Shown: in pieces, positions 20,879 through 29,984 of the stretch
Position numbering within the stretch: position 1 is the stretch's first letter
Layout of the letters: every line of letters starts with the position of its first letter
Assembly: GCA_963844935.1 (NCBI GenBank)
Contig: CAWJQH010000003.1
Location: forward strand, 238,505-302,504
Source of the DNA: an uncultured Bacteroidales bacterium
Lineage (GTDB): Bacteria; Bacteroidota; Bacteroidia; Bacteroidales; VadinHA17
Length of the DNA: 64,000 nt
Direction of reading: 5' to 3'
Notes under the pieces: model-generated
What the model was told of the DNA's origin: nothing
What the model saw: only the letters and a program-made list of their open reading frames with translations
Databases searched by the model: none
Program-made: the position numbers and the translations under genes

Positions 20879-21733
20879 ATGGGCCTTTCAGAATTTGTAC
20901 ACACCACTACGTGGAAAACTTTCATGGCAAAAGTTTACGGCTGGGGTGCCTCAATCGTAATCATTGGTGCTCTCTTCAAAATACAGCACTATCCTTTTGC
21001 AGGTTTAATTCTCGCTATCGGTCTTATTACCGAGGCATGCATTTTCTTCCTTTCGGCTTTCGAGCCACTGAAGGAAGAACCGGACTGGAAACTGGTCTAC
21101 CCTCAGCTTGATCCGAACTATTCCGGAGAAGAATTTGGATTTGCAGCTGTAGGCGGTGGTTCCGGCGGCAGCGGCGGCGGGGCAGGACTGTCACAGTTTG
21201 ACAAGATGCTCGCCAACGCAGGTATCACTCCCGAAGTCTTTGACAGACTGAGCCAGGGACTGAAGAAACTCACCGAGACGACAAATAATTTCAATGCTAT
21301 GGGCGACCTGGCTGCCACGACAAATGAGTATGCCGGCACCATCAGGAAAGCCAATGAGTCTCTGCTGAACCTTTCAGATTCTGTCAGGCAGACTGCAAAG
21401 TCAATGACTGATACAAGCACAGTGTACCATACACTGGGAGAAGCAACCAGGACAATTGAAACCGGCGGCAAATCCTACCAGGAGAAGCTGGAAAACCTCA
21501 ATAAAAACCTCTCGGCTCTCAATGCGGCTTATGAGCTGCAGTTGCGCGGCGCCAATGATCATGTCAAGAGTTCCGATACGATCTACAAGGGTATCGAAGC
21601 AATGATGAAGGATCTTTCAGGATCAGCCGATGACACCAAAAAATACCGTGAACAGGTTTCAAAACTGAATGATAACCTTACATCACTTAACAATGTGTAT
21701 GGCAACATGCTTGCCGCAATGAACGTAAAGTAA
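20879..21733 (+). CDS. gldL: T9SS/gliding motor protein GldL/PorL
   Basis: Two N-terminal TM helices, VYGWGASIVIIGALFKIQHYPFAGLILAIGLITEACIFFLSAFEP, with the conserved Glu. Gly/Ser linker and coiled-coil tail. Sits between gldK and gldM. Confidence 0.85.
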   Translation: MGLSEFVHTTTWKTFMAKVYGWGASIVIIGALFKIQHYPFAGLILAIGLITEACIFFLSAFEPLKEEPDWKLVYPQLDPNYSGEEFGFAAVGGGSGGSGGGAGLSQFDKMLANAGITPEVFDRLSQGLKKLTETTNNFNAMGDLAATTNEYAGTIRKANESLLNLSDSVRQTAKSMTDTSTVYHTLGEATRTIETGGKSYQEKLENLNKNLSALNAAYELQLRGANDHVKSSDTIYKGIEAMMKDLSGSADDTKKYREQVSKLNDNLTSLNNVYGNMLAAMNVK

Positions 21734-21778
21734 TGTTAAGCTCATTAATATATTTGCAAACTCCTAAACTAGCCACAA

Positions 21779-23422
21779 ATGTCTAAGGGAAAAGAAACCC
21801 CGCGGCAAAAGATGATAGGTATGATGTACCTCATCCTGACCGCTATGCTTGCTCTTAACGTTTCAAAGGAAGCCGTTGAAGCCTTTAAGAGAGTGGACAA
21901 GGGTTTGACGAAGACCACGGCCAACTACATCAAGAAGAATGAAATCACCTATGCTGCCTTTGATGCGGCAGCAGCAGAAAACCCTGAGAAAGCAGGGGCC
22001 TGGAAGACAAAGGCTTTTGATGTGAAGACGCGTGCCGATGAGATTTTCAACTATATACAGGACCTCAAGGTGGAGATCGTCACCAAGGCTGAAGGCCAGG
22101 ATTTTGAAGCTCTCCTTCCCGACAATCAGATTGACATTGCGAAGGTTAAAAGGATAGATGAGAATAATATTCCTTCTGAAGTGCTGATAGGATCCGATCA
22201 GGACGGCAAGGGTAATGACCTTAAGGCTTTGATGGAAGATTACCGCAGCTTCCTCGTTGAAACCCTCGAAGGCAAGGATCTTGCTGCAGAGAAGTCAATA
22301 CTTGACATCCTCAACACCGATGACCCGCAAAACCTTGAAAAAACAGGAAAAGAGAACTGGGTGACTGCAACCTTTCAGACTCTTCCGCTGGTAGCTGCAA
22401 TAACCATGCTTTCAAAGATGCAGGTTGACGTCAGAAACGCCGAAACCGATGTTCTTAACTTCCTCTACACACAGATAGAAGCAGGGTCGTTCAAATTCAA
22501 CAAGATCATTCCGACAGTCATTCCAAACTCGACGTATATAATGCAGGGAAATGAATACGAGGCCCAGGTATTCGTCGCTGCCACAGATACAACCCAGGAT
22601 CTGGAAATTCTTATCGGACCGTACACTACCAAAACAAATGCTGACGGAACTGTTTCTTATGAGATGACAGGTGATTATACAAAGCTTCCAGTTGATAATG
22701 ACGGTATCGGCAGATACAGGGTCAGACCCGGATCAATCGGTGAAAAATCATGGGGCGGTATTATCAATATGAAGTCTCCTGACGGTACCATACGTGCATA
22801 TAACTTCAGCTCAAAATACTCGGTCGGCGTACCTAACGTGGTTGTATCACCTACGGCAATGAACGTGCTCTACCAGGGCATACAGAACCCCCTTGATATT
22901 TCCGTTCCGGGAGTGGGATCTGACAAGCTGACCGTGAGAATGACAAACGGTGAACTGAAGAAGGGAAAATATAAAAACTACCGCGGTGAATGGGTTGCAC
23001 AACCCAGAACAGTGGGTGAGAACGCACAGATAATAGTCTCTGCAAATATAAACGGCAAAGTACAGAGCTTCCCGCCTGTGGAATTCAGGGTTAGAAGATT
23101 GCCTGACCCCGAAGCAAGATTTGCCAACATGAAAGAGGGTAATGTCCTCAGAAGTGTTGCCGCAGCTCAGCAGGTTGTGACTGCCGTACTTGAGAACTTT
23201 GAATTTGACCTCACATATACAGTCACTGGTTTTACAGTCTCTGTTAACGACAAAGGCTTTGAGATTACCGCTGAATTTAACAACAACAGGATTACCGACA
23301 AGCAAAAGGGGCTTATTGGTAACCTGAGGGCCGGACAGAAGCTGATCATTGAAAAGATCAAGGCTGTGGGCCCCGACGGAAGAACCAGGGATCTCAACCC
23401 GATAATTCTTAAGATTAACTAA
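21779..23422 (+). CDS. gldM: T9SS/gliding motor protein GldM/PorM
   Basis: PRQKMIGMMYLILTAMLALNVSKEAVEAF N-terminal TM segment typical of GldM, 547 aa. Gene order K-L-M-N. Confidence 0.85.
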   Translation: MSKGKETPRQKMIGMMYLILTAMLALNVSKEAVEAFKRVDKGLTKTTANYIKKNEITYAAFDAAAAENPEKAGAWKTKAFDVKTRADEIFNYIQDLKVEIVTKAEGQDFEALLPDNQIDIAKVKRIDENNIPSEVLIGSDQDGKGNDLKALMEDYRSFLVETLEGKDLAAEKSILDILNTDDPQNLEKTGKENWVTATFQTLPLVAAITMLSKMQVDVRNAETDVLNFLYTQIEAGSFKFNKIIPTVIPNSTYIMQGNEYEAQVFVAATDTTQDLEILIGPYTTKTNADGTVSYEMTGDYTKLPVDNDGIGRYRVRPGSIGEKSWGGIINMKSPDGTIRAYNFSSKYSVGVPNVVVSPTAMNVLYQGIQNPLDISVPGVGSDKLTVRMTNGELKKGKYKNYRGEWVAQPRTVGENAQIIVSANINGKVQSFPPVEFRVRRLPDPEARFANMKEGNVLRSVAAAQQVVTAVLENFEFDLTYTVTGFTVSVNDKGFEITAEFNNNRITDKQKGLIGNLRAGQKLIIEKIKAVGPDGRTRDLNPIILKIN

Positions 23423-23441
23423 TATAGGAAGAGATAAAACC

Positions 23442-24296
23442 ATGAACAGGAGAGTTCTTGCAGGCCTTTTTGGCATCCTGATGTGTACAGGCGCAATGGC
23501 CCAGTCATTCGGAGACATCTATGAGAAATCGATGCCCGACAATCAGAAGATCAACTATACTTACCTGGGCGAATCGGATGTGGTATGGTCAAAGAGACTG
23601 TACCGGATAATCGATCTGAGAGAAAAGATGAACCTGAACCTTTATTATCCGTCTCTGAGATATGATGAAGCAAATAACCGTTTCGCCTCAGAAATGTCAG
23701 ACGGAAGAATGAACTTTTCAGGTATCCTTCTCAACGAGATCATGGCAGGCAAAGTTGTCTCATTTGACGGTGACGCCATGACGGTTCCGACAACCTATGA
23801 GGACATCGCGATGAAAATGAACCGCGATACCCTGACTATCACAATCATCAATGCCGCCGGTGCGGAACAGGACTCCACCGTCACAAACATGGAGAACCCT
23901 GCCGATATCAAGCAGATCATGCTGCTCGAGGAATGGTTCTTCGACAAGAAGCATTCACGCCTTGACGTACGTATAATAGGTATCTGCCCCATCTATATGG
24001 GATATGATCAGATCACCGCAAGACTGGTGAAAAGACGTCTCTTCTGGATCAGGTATGAAGATGTAAGACAGTCACTGGCAAGCCACGAAGCATTCAATTC
24101 CTATAACGATGCCCAGCGGATCTCGTTTGAGGACATACTGCTTCAGCGTAAATTTGACGGATATATCATAGCCGAATCAAACGTCTATGACGACAGGGCA
24201 ATCAACCAGTATAGGATTGGCCCCGGACAGATTTATGAGGCTGAAAGGATCAAGAATGAGATCTTCAATTTTGAACAGGATCTCTGGGAATACTAG
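23442..24296 (+). CDS. gldN: T9SS/gliding periplasmic ring protein GldN/PorN
   Basis: Signal peptide MNRRVLAGLFGILMCTGAMAQ, ...VWSKRLYRIIDLREKMN..., EEWFFDK. Last gene of the gldKLMN block. Confidence 0.8.
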   Translation: MNRRVLAGLFGILMCTGAMAQSFGDIYEKSMPDNQKINYTYLGESDVVWSKRLYRIIDLREKMNLNLYYPSLRYDEANNRFASEMSDGRMNFSGILLNEIMAGKVVSFDGDAMTVPTTYEDIAMKMNRDTLTITIINAAGAEQDSTVTNMENPADIKQIMLLEEWFFDKKHSRLDVRIIGICPIYMGYDQITARLVKRRLFWIRYEDVRQSLASHEAFNSYNDAQRISFEDILLQRKFDGYIIAESNVYDDRAINQYRIGPGQIYEAERIKNEIFNFEQDLWEY

Positions 24297-24321
24297 CAGA
24301 CAGTAAATAATCACATACAGA

Positions 24322-24358
24322 AGCAGAGGCAGGTCTCAGACCTGTCTCTGCTTTTTTA
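24322..24358 (+). terminator. Rho-independent terminator after gldN
   Basis: AGCAGAGGCAGGTCT / AGACCTGTCTCTGCT forms a 15-bp stem with one mismatch, followed by TTTTTT. It lies between the convergent gldN and manC-like genes. Confidence 0.65.
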
Positions 24359-25441
24359 CAGGTATTTGTCACCTGCCGTCTTGCCCACATCATCAAGGTA
24401 CCGCTTGATGTTCTGCTCCTGGTCCCTCGGTAGAATCAGAAGCACATCGCCGCTGTCGATTATGATAAAATCATCCATCCCCTGAATCACCGCTATCTTG
24501 TCTTTAGGTAGACTGATAATGTTTCCCTCTGAATTGTAAGCCAACACATTAGAGTTCAGAACGGCATTATCGTTTCTGTCATGCCCGGAATGCAGGTAGA
24601 GTGAGTTCCATGTACCCAGATCAGACCAGCCGGGGTCAGTGCAGATAACGTAAACATTATCGGCCTTTTCCATAATGCCGTAATCAACCGATATGCTGCT
24701 GCACTTGGAATAGGCCTGCTGTATGAACTCATCTTCCGAATCGGTGTTGAACAGCTTACTGCCTTCATCGAACACATGATACATATCGGGCAGGTGCTTT
24801 TCGAAAGCAGATAATATCGTTACTGCCTTCCATATAAAAATACCGCTGTTCCAGTAAAAATCGCCGCTCTCTATAAAAAGTCTGGCCATTGCAAGCTCGG
24901 GCTTTTCGGTGAAAGCCTTGACCTTGTGAAGATTATTGAACCCTTTGATAGGGTGTTCCTTGTAAGCCTGTATGTAGCCGTACCCTGTCTCCGGCCTGTC
25001 AGGTTTTATGCCCAGGGTAAGCAGGGCGTCGTTCTCCGCGGCAAACCGGTAGGCTTCATTCATCACCTCAATGAACACATCCTCTCTCTGAATAATGTGA
25101 TCAGAGGGAGCAACAGCTATAACCGCATCAGGATTCTCTGCCATTATCCTGAAGATACCGTAGGCAATACATGGGGCTGTGTTGCGCCGCATGGGCTCTG
25201 CAAGAACATGACTGCTGTCTATGTCAAGCTGTTCTGTCACGGTCTCCCTGCTCTCTTCACTGGTTACAACATAAATATGATCTTCCGGACATACTGGTTT
25301 AAAGCGTCTGTAGGTCATCTGTATCAGCGTCTCACCTGTACCAAGTATATCAAGGAACTGTTTCGGCTTCTCCTTCCGGCTAAGCGGCCAGAACCGGCTT
25401 CCGATACCGCCGGCCATTATAAGTACATAACGGTTATTCAT
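24356..25441 (-). CDS. manC: Mannose-1-phosphate guanylyltransferase
   Basis: VLIMAGGIGSRFWPLSRKEKPKQFL N-terminal nucleotidyltransferase motif, 361 aa. Confidence 0.8.
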   Translation of the reverse strand: MNNRYVLIMAGGIGSRFWPLSRKEKPKQFLDILGTGETLIQMTYRRFKPVCPEDHIYVVTSEESRETVTEQLDIDSSHVLAEPMRRNTAPCIAYGIFRIMAENPDAVIAVAPSDHIIQREDVFIEVMNEAYRFAAENDALLTLGIKPDRPETGYGYIQAYKEHPIKGFNNLHKVKAFTEKPELAMARLFIESGDFYWNSGIFIWKAVTILSAFEKHLPDMYHVFDEGSKLFNTDSEDEFIQQAYSKCSSISVDYGIMEKADNVYVICTDPGWSDLGTWNSLYLHSGHDRNDNAVLNSNVLAYNSEGNIISLPKDKIAVIQGMDDFIIIDSGDVLLILPRDQEQNIKRYLDDVGKTAGDKYL

Positions 25442-25554
25442 GATTATTGGAAATATATGTGAGCTCTTACAAATATATTAATTCCTGACCACTAAATCCG
25501 GACCGGTATCAGAGGCCGGGATTATTTGCTAAATTTGATGAAATATTTTGTCTT

Positions 25555-26298
25555 ATGTTTCGGTTTCTGTCAGGGTTCGGGTCTTACTGGATGTTGCTGG
25601 GAAAGGTGTTTTCCCGGCCGGAAAAGACCAATATCTATTACAAACAGACCGTGAAGGAAGTTATAAGCCTGGGAATAAGGTCAATAGGAATAGTGACAAT
25701 TATTTCCTTCTTCATGGGCGCTGTAATTACCCTTCAGACAGCCTATAATACCGAGAACCCGATTTATCCCACTTACCTGATTGGCCTCGGATGCAGGGAC
25801 TCTATTCTGCTCGAGTTTTCATCAACGATTGTGGCCCTGATCCTTGCAGGCAAGGTAGGGTCAAACATAGCTTCAGAGATTGGCACGATGAGGGTGACAG
25901 AACAGATTGACGCCCTCGAGCTTATGGGCGTGAACTCAGCCTCGTACCTTATCCTTCCTAAAATAGTTGCAACCCTCCTCTTCAACCCGCTCCTCACACT
26001 TATAAGCATTATTGTCGGCATAGTCGGCGGATGGATCGCAGGAACAGCTTCCGGTGTGATCACGTCACAGGACTTCATCTACGGAATTCAGTATTCATTT
26101 ATTCCCTACTATGTCACTTACGCAATAATCAAGACCCTCTTCTTTGCTTTCATAATTACTTCAATATCAGCATACCAGGGTTATTATGTTGAAGGAGGAT
26201 CGCTCGAGGTGGGCCGTGCAAGCACCAAGGCAGTTGTGTACAGCAGCGTAACCCTGCTGCTTTTCAATGTGATCCTTACCCAACTCCTCCTCTCATGA
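25555..26298 (+). CDS. MlaE-family ABC transporter permease
   Basis: Multi-pass membrane protein. ...GAVITLQTAY..., RVTEQIDALELMGVNS (the MlaE signature region). Overlaps the downstream ATPase gene by 4 nt. Confidence 0.8.
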   Translation: MFRFLSGFGSYWMLLGKVFSRPEKTNIYYKQTVKEVISLGIRSIGIVTIISFFMGAVITLQTAYNTENPIYPTYLIGLGCRDSILLEFSSTIVALILAGKVGSNIASEIGTMRVTEQIDALELMGVNSASYLILPKIVATLLFNPLLTLISIIVGIVGGWIAGTASGVITSQDFIYGIQYSFIPYYVTYAIIKTLFFAFIITSISAYQGYYVEGGSLEVGRASTKAVVYSSVTLLLFNVILTQLLLS

Positions 26299-27050
26299 TC
26301 AGGGCAGAGAACATTAGCAAAAGGTTCGGAGACCGCGAAGTGCTGAAGAACGTATCTGCGGTATTTGAACCGGGACAAACTAATCTGATCATAGGGAAAA
26401 GCGGCTCAGGAAAGACCGTCTTTATGAAATGCCTGGTAGGATTGCTTGATATAGATGAGGGAGATATCTGGTACGGTGACATCCTCTTCTCAAAACTCGA
26501 CTTCAGGGGGAAAAAAGAGATCAGAAAAAATATGGGGATGCTCTTCCAGGGAAGCGCACTCTATGATTCCATGACTGTTGAAGAAAATGTCAGGTTCCCC
26601 CTGGACATGTTTACAAACATGACTTACGGCGAAAAACTTGACAGGGTCAACTTCTGCCTTGACCGCGTCAACATCGTTAATTCCAACAGGCTTTTTCCGT
26701 CAGAGTTGTCGGGAGGCATGAAGAAAAGGGTAGCCATTGCACGGGCAATAGTCCTCAAACCCCGTTATCTCTTCTGCGATGAGCCTAATTCGGGTCTTGA
26801 CCCTAAAACCTCTATTGTGATTGACGAGCTGATCAAGGAGATAACAAAGGAGCTGAACATGACCACCGTTGTGAACACACATGATATGAACTCCGTCATG
26901 GAGAACGGGGAAAAGGTCATCTTCATTGAAGAGGGTGAAAAATGCTGGGAAGGAAGCAAGTATGAGATACTTAAGTCAGACTGCAGGATCCTGAACGAAT
27001 TTGTTTTCGCAAACGCACTCGCCAAACAGCTTAAGGATTCAACACGTTAA
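26295..27050 (+). CDS. ABC transporter ATP-binding protein (MlaF-like)
   Basis: Walker A GKSGSGKT, signature LSGGMKKRVAIARA, Walker B YLFCDEPNSGLD. Confidence 0.8.
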   Translation: MIRAENISKRFGDREVLKNVSAVFEPGQTNLIIGKSGSGKTVFMKCLVGLLDIDEGDIWYGDILFSKLDFRGKKEIRKNMGMLFQGSALYDSMTVEENVRFPLDMFTNMTYGEKLDRVNFCLDRVNIVNSNRLFPSELSGGMKKRVAIARAIVLKPRYLFCDEPNSGLDPKTSIVIDELIKEITKELNMTTVVNTHDMNSVMENGEKVIFIEEGEKCWEGSKYEILKSDCRILNEFVFANALAKQLKDSTR

Positions 27051-27078
27051 GAGTCACAGACCTGGAAGAAATTCCCGG

Positions 27079-29853
27079 TTATCTTGATCCGGGACTGAGT
27101 ATGTAATTATAAAGATAACCGTCATTTTGTGTGAGCAGGAGGCTCCAGGTGCTTTTATTTGCCACTCTGCCAGCCGTATAGAACTGACCCGCCTTCCGCG
27201 GAAACCCTGTTGCCGGATTACCGTTTCTGCCTGTAAGATGCAACATCTGACTGTCAGCTTCATAGACAGCCACTTTTCTGTCTGATGAACTGAGAATCAA
27301 CATTTCCGGAGTGCTGAGATTGTTCGATTCAAAGGTTTTGGATAATATCTCATTCCCGCTTCTGTCATAGACCTTCAGCATCCCATGGTCAATGTACAGA
27401 TAGTCGATCATGCCGTCTCCGTCAAAATCATAGAAGTCAGACCTGTGCAAGGCTGAAAAGGTGCTTACAGTTTGTTTTTTTACCGTACCGTCAAAATAGA
27501 GCCGCATAAGCGTACCGTCAGGAGCTGTGAAGATCAGGGCAGGATCATCGTCATCTGCAAGTCTGACGGATGATCCGGGGGCTTTTTTAACCGGCTCCTG
27601 GGGATTCACCCTGATATTTCCTGTGCGGTCAAGCAGGTAAACGGACTGATCATCGACTGCAAAAAGATAATCTTTGCCCTTCACCCTGAAAAATTTTACC
27701 GGTTCAGTGACCTTACCGCGGGTAACAAAGGGATTCCACCCACGGACCGGCGAACCGGAACGGTCATAGGCATATATCTTCCTGTCCTCACCTGCAATGA
27801 AAAGCCGGTAATCCTTGTTGTTCTCATAGTCAAAAACAGAAAGTGAATTTGTTGCCGGCGAGCGCATCTTGACGGGAAACTTGTCAACATAGTTGCCGTT
27901 ACGGTCAATCAGATGCAGATAGTCTCTGCCCGGGAAAAGGAGCTGGTACTTACCGTTCTTGTAATAATCGATCATGAAAACGTCACCTGATATACTTTCC
28001 CTGATCGCTGCTTTCCAGAGCACTTTGCCGGAAGCGCTGATCAGGTAGATGTTGTTCTTCTGATCCTGGACAAAAATCTCTGTAGCACCGGTATTATGGT
28101 TCAGGAAAAGAAAAGGCCTTGAAGCCAGGTCTGCATCCAGTTTCACTTTCCAGGCAAGGCTTAGATCCGCGGATGTGCCTGTGCCCGTGCCTTGGGTGCC
28201 GGTACCGGCTGTTACGGACGGAATACCGGGTTGCGGCTGATCCTTGTCACGGTACCTGACCGAGAAACTCAGGTAAATCATGTCATTGCTGGGCGTAAGA
28301 CTTAGGCCAATCCCGTCAATGCCTGCAAGGGAGAGGTCCTTGAGCCCGGCAGATGATGATGTCGTAAGATATTTGTTTAACAGCGGTTTAATCGCACGTC
28401 CCGAGCTGTAAAACAGGAATGAGCTTTTTGTGGGAAGTGTTTTTTCCATTTCCCTGAACTCCGGATCATTGATCAGCGTGTTGTCACTCTCCGAATCTCT
28501 TCTTATGACTGCCAGCGCTTCAGGCGACCCGGCAAAGACCATGTATGACCTCGAGAAGATCACCCACCCATCGCCGCCGGGTGAAGCGGACTCACCGGAA
28601 AGGATGGATGCAACACCCGTGAAAGGCATTTTGTACATCACCACCTCGTCTTCACCGTTGTTTTCGGCAGATGCCAGGAAATGGCTTTCTCTCAGCCCCA
28701 TGGAGCGGTATTTGGCAGTGATCCTCTCCCGCAGCACACTTTCTGCCGCCTGGCGGTCGGTCATCCTGAAGAGAATGACTTTCTCCTCACCTTCAGATGA
28801 GGGAAGCACCGCTGTGGTCACCTCATTTCCGGTGTAGGGGCTCACGGCAAGCGCCAGGTCAGTAGCATTTATCGATGCGGGATCAGAGGTCGTATCACCG
28901 GTAAGAGAAGCCCTTCTCATCACAGTCCTGTAACTGAGGGTTGTCTGCGGCAGCAGTTCATGCACCCCGCACTCCGCAGGGGCCACATCCCTGAACTTGT
29001 CGGCGCCCAGCCCCGCGCCTGCGGTAGAAAGAAATCCGCTGATGAATAACCCGTCCTCGCGGGTGGTGAGGTCTCCTCCTGCTGCAATGGCTGCTGATGT
29101 TACCCGCGTGATCTCATCGGCAGAAATAAAAGGCTGCACAAATCTCGGCAGGTTCCTGAAGAGGATGAAAAGGTTGTCAGCCTCCCTTCCTGCCGCGCTT
29201 ACAACAGTGGCAAACCCCTGCTGGTGACGTATGTCCGAGCCCGTGCTCTTATTATTCAGTGCATTGGCAACAAGCGCCTCCGATCCTGATACTATCAGTA
29301 TGCCTGAGGTCAATGCCATGTGTACAATGGTTTTTACCGGTCCCTTACCATAGGAGACCGTGTACTTCCGGGCCCCGCCAAGCTCCCTGGTATCAGTGAC
29401 CGAGGCCCCGGATGATTCACAGAGCTGAAGCAGGCGGCGTGAAGTGAATGAAGAGCCTGTATTCATTACAGCAAGTGCCGTGACGCGATTCTGTCCCGTG
29501 ACATGGAATGACAGCAGCACTTCGCGGTTACTGATCATTTCACGAACCTCGCGGCCGCCGGTAATGCTGTCAATGAGTGCGGCACTCTTTATCAGCGAGT
29601 CAGCCCACTTCATGCCTGAAAGCCTCGCCGTGATGCCCGTCCTGTCAGTGGTTCTGGTCAGCAGCTCCGGGAAATCAGGCGTTTCAATGATGAAAAATGC
29701 ATCCGAAGGAATGGCCACCCAGGGATCTACGATGACAACCTGCTTCTGCTTCCTGATAAAATATGCTGCCACTATCAACCCCACGGCAAGCAATCCCACA
29801 AGTATCAACCCGCTTCTTTTTCGCACAATTTTTTGCTTCAGATCTGAATTCAA
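27079..29853 (-). CDS. Membrane-anchored 924-aa protein of unknown function with a C-terminal beta-propeller-like repeat region
   Basis: N-terminal TM helix SGLILVGLLAVGLIVAAYFI. Low-complexity GTGTQGTGTGTS linker. C-terminal half carries recurring ...DR(S/T/N)GN..., FDYENNKDYRL and YDFDGDGMIDYLY (FG-GAP/PQQ-like) repeats. The only in-frame start at the 5' end is TTG at 29853. Confidence 0.45.
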   Translation of the reverse strand: MNSDLKQKIVRKRSGLILVGLLAVGLIVAAYFIRKQKQVVIVDPWVAIPSDAFFIIETPDFPELLTRTTDRTGITARLSGMKWADSLIKSAALIDSITGGREVREMISNREVLLSFHVTGQNRVTALAVMNTGSSFTSRRLLQLCESSGASVTDTRELGGARKYTVSYGKGPVKTIVHMALTSGILIVSGSEALVANALNNKSTGSDIRHQQGFATVVSAAGREADNLFILFRNLPRFVQPFISADEITRVTSAAIAAGGDLTTREDGLFISGFLSTAGAGLGADKFRDVAPAECGVHELLPQTTLSYRTVMRRASLTGDTTSDPASINATDLALAVSPYTGNEVTTAVLPSSEGEEKVILFRMTDRQAAESVLRERITAKYRSMGLRESHFLASAENNGEDEVVMYKMPFTGVASILSGESASPGGDGWVIFSRSYMVFAGSPEALAVIRRDSESDNTLINDPEFREMEKTLPTKSSFLFYSSGRAIKPLLNKYLTTSSSAGLKDLSLAGIDGIGLSLTPSNDMIYLSFSVRYRDKDQPQPGIPSVTAGTGTQGTGTGTSADLSLAWKVKLDADLASRPFLFLNHNTGATEIFVQDQKNNIYLISASGKVLWKAAIRESISGDVFMIDYYKNGKYQLLFPGRDYLHLIDRNGNYVDKFPVKMRSPATNSLSVFDYENNKDYRLFIAGEDRKIYAYDRSGSPVRGWNPFVTRGKVTEPVKFFRVKGKDYLFAVDDQSVYLLDRTGNIRVNPQEPVKKAPGSSVRLADDDDPALIFTAPDGTLMRLYFDGTVKKQTVSTFSALHRSDFYDFDGDGMIDYLYIDHGMLKVYDRSGNEILSKTFESNNLSTPEMLILSSSDRKVAVYEADSQMLHLTGRNGNPATGFPRKAGQFYTAGRVANKSTWSLLLTQNDGYLYNYILSPGSR

Positions 29854-29984
29854 AAATATAAAATATTAATTTGCTTTGGCAAAGACTAAATCATAGCAGG
29901 CAAATAGCATAACAGGCAGCATCCTTCTTTCCGGCATTTGTGGAACGCTTTTTGTGCATTTGCAGGTGATTTTATCCCGTATCA

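Noticed and set aside
22847-23518. 223-aa minus-strand ORF
   Set aside because: It is antisense to gldM and the gldN start. It has no motifs, and the sense-strand genes are well supported by sequence and synteny.
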